From an uncultured virus (IMG/VR IMGVR_UViG_3300031886_000002) (taxonomy: Duplodnaviria > Heunggongvirae > Uroviricota > Caudoviricetes): DNA of 25,718 bases. Below are positions 1-8,714 of the stretch, one piece after another (positions within the stretch are counted from its first letter, which is position 1; every line of letters starts with the position of its first letter). The stretch lies in the IMG/VR virus record IMGVR_UViG_3300031886_000002; one strand, given 5' to 3'. The notes beneath the pieces are model-generated. The model was not told the DNA's origin. It worked only from the letters and a program-made list of their open reading frames with translations, and did not search any database. Both the position numbers and the translations under genes were made by a program.

Positions 1-2
1 GA

Positions 3-182
3 GAATTAGTGCTTAAGGTGAGATTCCTTAATTTACCTGATTGGACCCTATTAGGTGAAACACAAGTATCAGACGCCGCGAAGATGAGAATACTAAATCT
101 AGATAATGATTTAGAAATCCAACGAGAGACATTTGACCAAGAAAAGAGATTGAGAGAAGCAAAAGGAGAGGAATTTCAATGA
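3..182 (+). CDS. Hypothetical protein, 3' end (truncated by window start)
   Basis: Open frame ELVLKVRFLNLPDW...GEEFQ* ending at TGA 180-182, with ATGA overlap into the next gene. Confidence 0.7.
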   Translation, partial: ELVLKVRFLNLPDWTLLGETQVSDAAKMRILNLDNDLEIQRETFDQEKRLREAKGEEFQ

Positions 183-424
183 AACAAGAAGAAGTAAAAA
201 GAGAGATTGAATTTAGATTAGTGGATGATGAAGATATGCCACCTATTGTTATAACTATAGGAGAGAATGATTTACCTAAAGTTGTAATCAATAGACATTA
301 CACTATATGGCTAACGCTTTACCGTAAGTGTATAGGTGGCTGTGCTGAATCCATGTTTGAAAAGATAGATGAACTACTTACGGCTCATCTATCAGAACAA
401 AGAGTATTTGAGAGGCTGGAATAA
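179..424 (+). CDS. Hypothetical protein (81 aa)
   Basis: GGAGAGG upstream; overlaps both neighbours. Confidence 0.75.
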   Translation: MKQEEVKREIEFRLVDDEDMPPIVITIGENDLPKVVINRHYTIWLTLYRKCIGGCAESMFEKIDELLTAHLSEQRVFERLE

Positions 425-588
425 TGCGAGATAGAGAAATGGGATTAGATGAATTTGGAGGTAAGCACATGTATCTATCTGTAATAACATGGCTACGCTC
501 TCAATACCCAGAATTATTACAACAATGGGAACATAAAGTTAGAGATGCTGTTGAATGGGCAGACACAACAAAATTGGAGGACAAGTAA
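424..588 (+). CDS. Small hypothetical protein (54 aa, MRDREMGLDEFGGK...KLEDK); not in the ORF track
   Basis: TAATG overlap at 424; stop at 586-588 abuts the next ATG at 589. Confidence 0.7.
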   Translation: MRDREMGLDEFGGKHMYLSVITWLRSQYPELLQQWEHKVRDAVEWADTTKLEDK

Positions 589-945
589 ATGACAGAATTA
601 CCTATAATGAAACATATAGTGTTAACAACAATAGGTTGTCAACCATGTAAACAATTAGAAGCATACTTAATAGCAAACCAAACAACCTCATGGTCATGGG
701 TATACCATCATATCAGACCTGAGTTATTTGATGTATTAGCAGTATCTTCTACACCTTCTCTTGTAGCACAAGTAGGGCCAAACGAATATAAGTTAGTGGC
801 CGTAGGACTACAAGAATGTATAGACTATCATAGAGTGTGGAAACACCCATCAAGCATTGTCCACAATGAACAAGAACCAACTGTTGAAGAAGAACTATCA
901 CTAGACACTGAAGAAGAAGAATGGACTAAGGAGGAAGAAGAATGA
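589..945 (+). CDS. Thioredoxin/glutaredoxin-like protein with acidic tail
   Basis: GCQPC CxxC motif after a beta strand, STPSL cis-Pro-like loop, Glu-rich C-terminus. Confidence 0.65.
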   Translation: MTELPIMKHIVLTTIGCQPCKQLEAYLIANQTTSWSWVYHHIRPELFDVLAVSSTPSLVAQVGPNEYKLVAVGLQECIDYHRVWKHPSSIVHNEQEPTVEEELSLDTEEEEWTKEEEE

Positions 946-2102
946 GTAATATAATACCAAAGAGAGCATTGACTAATGGTAGATGGGATAAAAAACTAAA
1001 GGAAAACATGGTTGCCCTATCTGTTGCTGATAACTATAATGAAGCAAAACATGAATGGATAGCAACAGGACAAGTTTGGTGGGAACTATTAGGTGATATA
1101 CCTAATTGGGCAAATCAACATAGTCACAAATGTTTATGTGGGCATGATATTGTATACCATTTTGAGATTCATAATACTGAAACAGATGTTAGAGAGTGTG
1201 TTGGTTCAGACCACATTAACTCCTATCTAATTCTAAGGGCTATTCATGAAGAGACAGGAGTAGCAACAGAGCATATTACTGATGCAATGATTGAAGAATG
1301 GATTAATGTCCGAGTGCAATCATTGAAGAAGGAAGCATGGTGGAAGGTGCATGGTGACCAATTTACCGAGATGTTTGATGCAGTTAAAGACTTAGACTTA
1401 AGAATAAATGTCAGGAAGAAAGGTAGATATTACGATGAAACCTACAGACAATATAGAGATAAAACTTACATCAGAAAGAGAGCAGATGGAAACTTTGGAG
1501 CGCCCGATTATAGGATGGCTTCTATTGTATGGCGGTGGAATCACCCGGAAAACCCAAAGGCTCAAACAACTAGATTAGGTTATCCAAACCAAAGGCTATT
1601 CAATGACTTGATGATATTCTATTATTCAATAGAAAAGGCTAAGGTTAGAATTGAAAAAGAAGACAAAAAGTTAGTGAAAAGGCTTGACCATCTAAAAGAA
1701 TTTGATGAACAACAAAGACTAGCGAGGGAGGCCGAAAAAGAAAGGCGTGAAAAGTTAGTCGCAGAAGTGGAGACTCAGGAAAATGACCCGATTTTTCAAG
1801 AAGCCTGCGAATACTATGGTGTAAAACCCTTTATTCCTGAACAAGGAGACAACACATGGGAAAGAAAATTCCTCCTTAACATTAAGAAACAAATGTTATC
1901 AGGAAAACCTTTGTCAGAAAAACAGACACAGCGACTATGGATTGTATTAAATAATGAAAATGCTGTCCAAGAACCTGCGTCAGAAAGACAAAAACAGTAT
2001 TTAGTTAGATTAGGATATGAAGGAGATGTTGATAGTATACTAAAAAATGATGCTTCATTCCACATCCAAAAACTAAAAGAGGAACAAAACAAAAGAGTGT
2101 GA
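942..2102 (+). CDS. Hypothetical protein (386 aa) with putative metal-binding N-domain and coiled coil
   Basis: CLCGH...H...CVGSDH motif, charged coiled segment, C-terminal LSEKQ and PASERQKQYL motifs. Confidence 0.8.
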   Translation: MSNIIPKRALTNGRWDKKLKENMVALSVADNYNEAKHEWIATGQVWWELLGDIPNWANQHSHKCLCGHDIVYHFEIHNTETDVRECVGSDHINSYLILRAIHEETGVATEHITDAMIEEWINVRVQSLKKEAWWKVHGDQFTEMFDAVKDLDLRINVRKKGRYYDETYRQYRDKTYIRKRADGNFGAPDYRMASIVWRWNHPENPKAQTTRLGYPNQRLFNDLMIFYYSIEKAKVRIEKEDKKLVKRLDHLKEFDEQQRLAREAEKERREKLVAEVETQENDPIFQEACEYYGVKPFIPEQGDNTWERKFLLNIKKQMLSGKPLSEKQTQRLWIVLNNENAVQEPASERQKQYLVRLGYEGDVDSILKNDASFHIQKLKEEQNKRV

Positions 2103-2308
2103 ATAACATGACGGATAAGAAAAAAGAAAAAACGAAGAAAGAACTGGAAACAGAACTAAAGGAAGTAACAGATAAGTTTGAGCAACTTAGTGCTGGCTAC
2201 CAAGCCGCGATAAACCGAGTAAATCAATTATCTGTATTAGTTAACAACTATGAAGAAACAATAAACCTATTAACTACCCGCTTGCTTGAGGGGCGAGCGC
2301 AACCTTGA
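2099..2308 (+). CDS. Small coiled-coil protein
   Basis: Heptad-like LETELKEVTDKFEQL...; overlaps the upstream stop. Confidence 0.7.
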   Translation: MNNMTDKKKEKTKKELETELKEVTDKFEQLSAGYQAAINRVNQLSVLVNNYEETINLLTTRLLEGRAQP

Positions 2309-2348
2309 TAGGCTACGAGTGCCACGAAGATATACGGAGAGTGACGAA

Positions 2349-2549
2349 ATGATTTTAACAATTATGAACGAAACAGGACATACGAGACTAGAAGTAACCG
2401 AAACTGAATTAATCGAGCAGATTAACGACCACCCAACACATTGGGTATATGTTGATGGTGAGATGGTAAGTAGAGAAGAAGTCTCAGATGTAGATTGGGA
2501 CACAGTTGATGCTGTGAACCTAACCCCTGCAATCGTCGGCGGATACTAA
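2349..2549 (+). CDS. Ubiquitin-like (ThiS/MoaD/SAMP beta-grasp) protein ending GG-Y
   Basis: 66 aa from ATG 2349 (GGAGAGTGA upstream). VYVDGE matches the ThiS/MoaD VxVNG strand; D-x-V-x-L-x-PAIVGG matches the family tail (e.g. PPVSGG); one extra Tyr follows GG. Confidence 0.75.
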   Translation: MILTIMNETGHTRLEVTETELIEQINDHPTHWVYVDGEMVSREEVSDVDWDTVDAVNLTPAIVGGY

Positions 2550-2562
2550 TACAGCGTATTCT

Positions 2563-2630
2563 CTGCATTTGCAGCATTAGAGGGGATAACAGGGTATACC
2601 TCAATACCCTGCCCCTCGCCCCATTGGGGC
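2563..2630 (+). promoter_or_regulatory. GC-rich tandem hairpins downstream of the Ubl gene (terminator, processing signal or small structured RNA)
   Basis: GAGGGG 2580-85 pairs with CCCCTC 2612-17 and encloses CAGGGTAT 2590-97/ATACCCTG 2604-11. GCCCC-ATT-GGGGC at 2618-30. CTGC-ATTT-GCAG at 2563-74. Confidence 0.55.
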
Positions 2631-2633
2631 AAA

Positions 2634-3056
2634 ATGTTCGTGTTAATGGACAATTCTGGACTTAACGATAATGCGATATTTACTGACAAGGTGAATGTCC
2701 CATTGTTTTTGAAAGCATTTGGTTGGATATGTAAAGATTTTCATACTTATGAAAACCTAGCACCACTAAAGGCAGACTTTTATCCGAAAGGATTTGTACT
2801 TGCATTAAGCAAGAAAGCAGTAATACTGTGTGATGGCGAATCACTTATACGCTATAATGGGGAAGAATATTCATCGTTTGATGAATTACAAAACAAGTAT
2901 GGTAAAGATGCATATCGTACATTTCCCGACTGGGAAATAATAGAAGAAAAAGAATGGGTAATCAAAAAGAATGGAGAATGGATTTATTCCTTTTCCGATT
3001 TTTCTGAATTACCATTTAGAAGCAACATGAAACAACTAACAGGAGAGATGTGTTAA
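2634..3056 (+). CDS. Hypothetical protein (140 aa)
   Basis: Clean ORF with TAATG coupling to the RNR gene. Confidence 0.75.
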   Translation: MFVLMDNSGLNDNAIFTDKVNVPLFLKAFGWICKDFHTYENLAPLKADFYPKGFVLALSKKAVILCDGESLIRYNGEEYSSFDELQNKYGKDAYRTFPDWEIIEEKEWVIKKNGEWIYSFSDFSELPFRSNMKQLTGEMC

Positions 3057-4924
3057 TGGATTTAGCAAGTGAAATATTATCGGATACTATTGCATATATG
3101 AAATATGCAAAATGGCTTCCGGGAGAATTAAGAAAGGAAACATGGGAAGAAGTATGTCATAGGAATATGAACATGCATCTTTCTAAATATGCAAAGAATG
3201 AGAAATTAGTCGAAGAAATAAAAGAAGTGTATAATAACTTTGTAATACCAAAGAAGGTATTACCTTCGATGCGGTCTATGCAATATGCTGGAAAGTCTAT
3301 TGAACTGGACCCAAATAGAATATACAATTGTGCATACATGCCTATTGATGATGTAGCGTGTTTTCATGAAGCCATGTTCCTACTACTAGGAGGAACAGGT
3401 GTAGGTTATTCAGTACAAAGACACCATGTCAGTAAATTACCAGAGATTCGTAAGCCTAACCCCAATAGAACTAGAAAGATAGTTATTGAAGATTCAATCA
3501 TGGGATGGGCTGAAGCAATCAGAAGATTGTTTGAATCCTATACAGGAGTATTAACACAAACTCCTAGATTTATCTATGATGGTATTAGACCAAGAGGTTC
3601 TAGGCTAAAAACTAGTGGTGGTAAAGCACCCGGCCCCGCACCTTTAAGAAAGTGTATGGTTATTATTGAAGGTATACTACAAGATAAGCAGAATGGTGAT
3701 AAACTATCAACACTACAATGTCATGATATTATGTGTCATATTGCAGAATCTGTAGTATCAGGAGGTAATCGTCGCTCCGCATTAATTTCATTATTTAGTG
3801 CTGATGACTTAGAAATGATTCAGTCTAAACTAGGAGAGTTTGAGAGAACAAACCCCCAAAGATATATGGCGAATAACTCTGCTGTAATTCTGAGGAATAA
3901 GATAACGAGAGATTACTTTAAGAAATTGTGGGATAGAATTGAAATGGGTGAAAAGGGAGAACCGGGTATCTATTTCAGTCATGATAAAGATTGGGGAACT
4001 AATCCTTGTTGTGAAATTGCTTTGAGACCTTATCAATTTTGTAATCTAACAGAGATAAATGCATCAACGATAAAGAATCAACAGGACTTTGAGGACAGAG
4101 TAAAGGCGGCAACCTTCTTAGGAACGCTTCAAGCATCATATACAGATTTCCATTATCTTAGAGATATATGGAAGACTACTACTGAGAGAGATGCCTTGCT
4201 AGGTGTTAGTATGACAGGGTTATCATCTAATACTCTAGAGTCTCTAGATATTCAACACGCAGTAAGTATTTCTAAACAAGAGAATGCTAGGTTAGCAAAT
4301 ATATTAGGAATTAATACTGCCGCAAGATTAACAGCGATTAAGCCATCAGGAACAGCATCAATGGTATTAGGAACTTCATCTGGTATTCACCCATGGTGGA
4401 ACGATTACTATATTCGTAGGATTAGAGTAAAGAAGAATGAAACTATTTACAAATACTTACATGAGTGGCATCCAGAATTAGTGGTGCAAGATAATGAAGT
4501 CCTTGATGGTGGAATAATAGAGATTCCACAGAAAGCCCCGAAAGGTGCTATTACAAGACACACCGAAAACACCTTATCTTTCTTGGATAGACTAAGAAAT
4601 TTGAATATACGGTGGATTCAACCCGGACATACTGATGGAGCAAACACTCATAATATTTCTGCAACTGTTTATATTAGGGATAATGAATGGGACTTAATTG
4701 GTGAGTGGATGTGGTTAAATAGACATAATTATAATGGGCTAGCAGTATTGCCTCACGATGGCAAATCATATAACCAGCCTCCCAACGAAGACTGTAGTAA
4801 GCAAACTTATGATAAGATGATGGAGACATTAGTACAGGTGGATTTATCAAATATTATTGAGATAGAAGACGACAGTAATTTTGGGCAAGACCCTGCTTGT
4901 GCGGGTGGTAGTTGTGAGATATAG
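3056..4924 (+). CDS. nrdJ: Class II (adenosylcobalamin-dependent) ribonucleotide reductase, monomeric type
   Basis: LPSMRSMQ, YNCAY, GGTGVGYS, NPCCEI finger loop, TAIKPSGT and C-terminal CAGGSCEI redox pair. No beta-subunit gene nearby. Confidence 0.92.
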   Translation: MDLASEILSDTIAYMKYAKWLPGELRKETWEEVCHRNMNMHLSKYAKNEKLVEEIKEVYNNFVIPKKVLPSMRSMQYAGKSIELDPNRIYNCAYMPIDDVACFHEAMFLLLGGTGVGYSVQRHHVSKLPEIRKPNPNRTRKIVIEDSIMGWAEAIRRLFESYTGVLTQTPRFIYDGIRPRGSRLKTSGGKAPGPAPLRKCMVIIEGILQDKQNGDKLSTLQCHDIMCHIAESVVSGGNRRSALISLFSADDLEMIQSKLGEFERTNPQRYMANNSAVILRNKITRDYFKKLWDRIEMGEKGEPGIYFSHDKDWGTNPCCEIALRPYQFCNLTEINASTIKNQQDFEDRVKAATFLGTLQASYTDFHYLRDIWKTTTERDALLGVSMTGLSSNTLESLDIQHAVSISKQENARLANILGINTAARLTAIKPSGTASMVLGTSSGIHPWWNDYYIRRIRVKKNETIYKYLHEWHPELVVQDNEVLDGGIIEIPQKAPKGAITRHTENTLSFLDRLRNLNIRWIQPGHTDGANTHNISATVYIRDNEWDLIGEWMWLNRHNYNGLAVLPHDGKSYNQPPNEDCSKQTYDKMMETLVQVDLSNIIEIEDDSNFGQDPACAGGSCEI

Positions 4925-5285
4925 ATTAGCATATCGAATTGTTAAGACTAAAGAAGAACTCAAACAAATATACCCTTATATTATTGAAGACCTAAAAAAA
5001 ATGGAATTTAAAACCAATATAGGATTTCAAACAGGTTATGAATATAGAAATGGAGATGAGGCACTATCAGTATTTAGAAAAATATATTCAGATTTTATGC
5101 GAAATAGTTCCCCTAACGAGAAGGGAATTACATCGCTCAAATGGATATTGTCTGCGTGGTTGCGTAGCGTTTATCTAAGGTCTGGTTTTGCAAAGTCAGA
5201 CAAAGAATATAACAATAGAATACTAGAATTATTCGAATATGCAAATTATTTGGAGGTAAATAAAGATGAGATATACAAAATGTAA
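4914..5285 (+). CDS. Hypothetical protein (start uncertain; GTG 4914 likely)
   Basis: Fills the gap between neighbours and overlaps both. Confidence 0.65.
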   Translation: MRYRLAYRIVKTKEELKQIYPYIIEDLKKMEFKTNIGFQTGYEYRNGDEALSVFRKIYSDFMRNSSPNEKGITSLKWILSAWLRSVYLRSGFAKSDKEYNNRILELFEYANYLEVNKDEIYKM

Positions 5286-5691
5286 ATGTGGATGCGATAA
5301 CTTTGAGATAAAGTTTGGGAAGATTGAATGCAAAAACTGTGGAAAGTGGGCTAACCCATTCTCTGCAATTTATAGGAAGTTAGTAAAGCCTAATGGTAGG
5401 CATTACTTTTGGGTGGTATTAACACCACACTTCATAGAAAGGTTAGAAGAAAGACTACCAGAAGTAGATGTTGAAGACTTTATCAAACAATGCTATGCAA
5501 TTGAAAAAGCATGCACTATAGATAAGTCACAAGGCACTAAATATAATGGTAAGCATATCTATTGGAAGTTTAAGTTTAACCATAGGCGTAAGCGACTAGA
5601 ATTAGAATTGATAAGCCTTACCCCTGACCATATATTCCAATGTAAATACCACCCAAAGGTGGAGTTTGTGGAGGTAGAATTTAATGAATGA
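5266..5691 (+). CDS. Zinc-ribbon protein with HFxERxxER domain
   Basis: CKCGC...CKNC at the N-terminus; TPHFIERLEER; GGAGG upstream. Confidence 0.7.
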   Translation: MRYTKCKCGCDNFEIKFGKIECKNCGKWANPFSAIYRKLVKPNGRHYFWVVLTPHFIERLEERLPEVDVEDFIKQCYAIEKACTIDKSQGTKYNGKHIYWKFKFNHRRKRLELELISLTPDHIFQCKYHPKVEFVEVEFNE

Positions 5692-6178
5692 TATTATAGA
5701 TTTTTATAAAGAGATTAGAAAGGCCGATTTGATTAGTGCGTATAAGCATTACTTACTCACTAACAATAGAAAGCGTAAGAAAAGTGATGGTTTTGGTAAA
5801 ATGGTTGGTAATGGATTAGAAAGACCTAAGATTAGTGGGGAAGTATATTCATGGGCAGAATTCAACAGACTACCAAAAGATGTTATAATTCTACATACCT
5901 TTGTATCGGGTGTTGATAAAAAGTATATTACTAAGTTAACGGATAGAGGTTTCTTTAAGACAGAAAGAAAGGTTGATGTATTGCCTTGGAAAGATGCTAA
6001 CTTACCTTATTTACAATGGCTATGGATTAATAATGAATCCTATGCTACTACAATGTATCCTGAAGAATTTGGCTTTCCACCAGAAGGTGTGAGAGGCCAA
6101 AACTATTGGGCTTGGTTAGATAAGTTTAATCCTAAGCAAGTGTTTGGTTTTAATTGGGATGGGCGATATAATGGCTAG
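5684..6178 (+). CDS. Hypothetical protein (164 aa)
   Basis: GGAGG upstream; overlaps both neighbours. Confidence 0.75.
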   Translation: MNDIIDFYKEIRKADLISAYKHYLLTNNRKRKKSDGFGKMVGNGLERPKISGEVYSWAEFNRLPKDVIILHTFVSGVDKKYITKLTDRGFFKTERKVDVLPWKDANLPYLQWLWINNESYATTMYPEEFGFPPEGVRGQNYWAWLDKFNPKQVFGFNWDGRYNG

Positions 6179-6344
6179 ACCAGTAAAGTGTGATAGATGT
6201 GGAAGGGTGGTAATGTCCACAGCAAGAAGAAATACCAGACCTTGCTCCTATAAGAAAACTAGAACTACACCAGCACTATGTAATGGTAGAATGAGTGAAG
6301 TAGAATATCAAGAGTATTATGACTATATGAGGGATAAACAATGA
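6171..6344 (+). CDS. Small Cys-rich (zinc-binding) protein
   Basis: MARPVKCDRCG...PC...LCNG; ATGA overlap downstream. Confidence 0.65.
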   Translation: MARPVKCDRCGRVVMSTARRNTRPCSYKKTRTTPALCNGRMSEVEYQEYYDYMRDKQ

Positions 6345-7753
6345 CATTTGCAAATTATAAGTATACTGAAAAAGTAGTGCTACATATTAGCACTCCTGAT
6401 GATGCAACTACTGTCAATAGTACAATTATTGATATTCATAGTGATTATAGAATACCATTCTTTGACGGTGATAATAGGTATAGGTATCATGATGACGCCA
6501 TTATGACTAATATGACTGCCAAGACAGTTAGGGAATTAGAAACTAAATATCCCCTCAGAAAGAATGTATTCGTTTCTATCTTTAGAACTCATTCTAAAAC
6601 TGAACCTATTATAAATTCAATAAGAACCAAACTACAGTCCGTGTTGGGATTAGGTAGAAGAAACTACAACAAAGCACCAAAAGAATTTAGATTGGCATTT
6701 ACTTTTCCTACAATGGATAATATATTAGTTCTAATAGAAAAGAAAGACCCTTACTATCATTTGATGGGAACTAGAATGAATAAAAAGAATCTAATGATGG
6801 CATTAGGTAGAATAATATATTGGTCTTGTTTCAATAAAGACTCGACTAAAATGTTAGAATACATATTCAAAGTTATCAATATGCCTGAGAATGTATCATA
6901 TGTCCTAGAGAACAGATGCCCTTATTGGTTTTTCGATATGGAAACTAGACAAAAGATGGAAGTTAGATTACAAACTAAAGTAATTGGGGATGAAATGTGC
7001 GCTCTAGAAATTTCAGACAATATTTGGGCGCCAATAACATTCAAAGAGTTAGATATATTTGTGAACTATTTCCATCATGGACATAATAGAACTAAGAAAT
7101 ATAGATTCTTATCTCCTAAAAAACTATGGGTGATATTATTAGGCAATGAACCAACTCAGTCTCAAGTTAATTTAATGACTGAATTCTTATGTCAAAATAG
7201 AACCCAAGACATAGTAGAAGAAAGAGCAAAATCTCTTATGTTAGAAGTTGTTAATAATTATAGTGATAAAATTAAACTACTAAATCATGATGACTTATTC
7301 AGCCCACGCAAAGAAGCAAAACCATGTGTCATGGTTGTTAGAGGGCAGTTAACTGATTGGATTATAGTAAATACTACATATAAATCTGATATACAGAAAG
7401 TTAAAACATATGCATATATTGATAATGATTGGCTCGCGTTTCAAGGCACTCTTGCCGACGACAGAAGGGTTGCCGGAAATCTCGCACATGGGAAACTATT
7501 CCAAAATGGTAAATTGAAAGGACCAATATGTATTGATAATATTCACATTAACTCTAGTATTGGAGACCAATATGTTGCTAGAGCATATGCATTGTTGAAT
7601 GATAAAACAACAGTTAAAATGGTTAGTACAATTTCTAGATATTTACCTAGTGATATGCTAGAACCAAGTTGTCCTGAAATAATTATTGATAGTAGAAGAT
7701 TGGATTGGAGTAACTTGGAACATGAAGAATGGGAAAAAATAGGAGATAGATAA
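6341..7753 (+). CDS. Uncharacterised 470-aa protein; C-terminal region is a candidate E2-like Cys domain
   Basis: Long ORF. GPICIDNI...ALLND (Cys397) resembles the UBC GxICLDIL...LLxD segment. Function is speculative; confidence refers mainly to the CDS. Confidence 0.6.
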   Translation: MTFANYKYTEKVVLHISTPDDATTVNSTIIDIHSDYRIPFFDGDNRYRYHDDAIMTNMTAKTVRELETKYPLRKNVFVSIFRTHSKTEPIINSIRTKLQSVLGLGRRNYNKAPKEFRLAFTFPTMDNILVLIEKKDPYYHLMGTRMNKKNLMMALGRIIYWSCFNKDSTKMLEYIFKVINMPENVSYVLENRCPYWFFDMETRQKMEVRLQTKVIGDEMCALEISDNIWAPITFKELDIFVNYFHHGHNRTKKYRFLSPKKLWVILLGNEPTQSQVNLMTEFLCQNRTQDIVEERAKSLMLEVVNNYSDKIKLLNHDDLFSPRKEAKPCVMVVRGQLTDWIIVNTTYKSDIQKVKTYAYIDNDWLAFQGTLADDRRVAGNLAHGKLFQNGKLKGPICIDNIHINSSIGDQYVARAYALLNDKTTVKMVSTISRYLPSDMLEPSCPEIIIDSRRLDWSNLEHEEWEKIGDR

Positions 7754-7754
7754 T

Positions 7755-8714
7755 ATGAATTGTATAAACTGTAAAGGAACAGAGATAGAAACAGATAATA
7801 TAAGAGGGGAAGAAATATGTGTAGATTGTGGATATGTATTAGTATCAAATCTAATGGAAGAGACCCATAATCAATGGAATGAAACGACTGATGTAATCCG
7901 TCACGGTATAGCCCACACTCATACATATAGTAGAGCGCCAGATTTAGGAGTATTAGGCTCAAGTGTAATTAGAGAAAGTGGAAGCAGTATTACCCCTGAT
8001 ATAAATAGAAGGTTATTGTATTCTTTAAAAAGAACTCAGAGAAGATTTCAACAAAGACAAGAACGCTCTCTAACAGATGGATATTTAGAGTGTAATATGG
8101 TGTTAGCACCGTATTTACCTAACTCGGATATTAAACAAAGAACTCATATTTATTACAAAAGATTACTACTAAATCATCACTTTAGTCTTGGTGATACTAT
8201 GCCCCTTAGAGCAACAGGATTAGTGTATTTTATATTAAAGGAGTATGGTGTAACTATTACTGTAGAAGAACTCAGTAAAGCAAATAATGTAAATCCACAT
8301 AAGGTATCAAAAATGTCTAGAAAAATAGCAAGGTGTTTGGGTAAGCCCTATGTTTTACATAGAACTTCACATTCTGAATGGGTAGAAAAGATAGGTGAAA
8401 AGATAGAGGCAGATAGAAACTATATGATGGATTGTAGAGATGTAGTAGAGTTTACTTCATCTCTAATGGATAGACATTGTATACATTTTTCTAAAACTTA
8501 TCTAGCGGCTAGTATGTGGTTTACATCTTTAATGAGATGTAAGGCAGGAAAATACCCTGAATTTAGCCAAATATTACTTTGTAAAACAATAGGTTGCTCT
8601 GAGGTAGGGTTAAGAAATGCTATGTTAAAAATGTTAGGTATACTAGATATTGATATTAAACAAGTTAAGATGTTAACAGTTAGGGAATTCACAGCAGGTG
8701 TAAGATATGATTAA
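7755..8714 (+). CDS. tfb: Transcription initiation factor IIB (TFB/TFIIB) homologue
   Basis: N-terminal CINC...DNIRGEEICVDCGYVL zinc ribbon, followed by two cyclin-like helical repeats ending SQ..LC...GCSEVGLRN. Confidence 0.88.
   Translation: MNCINCKGTEIETDNIRGEEICVDCGYVLVSNLMEETHNQWNETTDVIRHGIAHTHTYSRAPDLGVLGSSVIRESGSSITPDINRRLLYSLKRTQRRFQQRQERSLTDGYLECNMVLAPYLPNSDIKQRTHIYYKRLLLNHHFSLGDTMPLRATGLVYFILKEYGVTITVEELSKANNVNPHKVSKMSRKIARCLGKPYVLHRTSHSEWVEKIGEKIEADRNYMMDCRDVVEFTSSLMDRHCIHFSKTYLAASMWFTSLMRCKAGKYPEFSQILLCKTIGCSEVGLRNAMLKMLGILDIDIKQVKMLTVREFTAGVRYD

Noticed and set aside
2286..2348. Longer N-termini given by the ORF track (also at 9497, 13034, 13927, 15637, 17786, 22212, 24024)
   Set aside because: Downstream ATGs have ribosome-binding sites or stop-start coupling, and the extensions mostly overlap upstream genes or the structured gap.
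2550..2633. Cobalamin riboswitch, tRNA or SECIS upstream of nrdJ
   Set aside because: Too short and lacks B12-box consensus; no cloverleaf or TTCGA loop; the preceding stop is TAA, not TGA.
3056..4924. Class I RNR alpha subunit
   Set aside because: No NrdB partner and no adjacent YY radical-transfer pair near the C-terminus; size and motifs fit monomeric class II.
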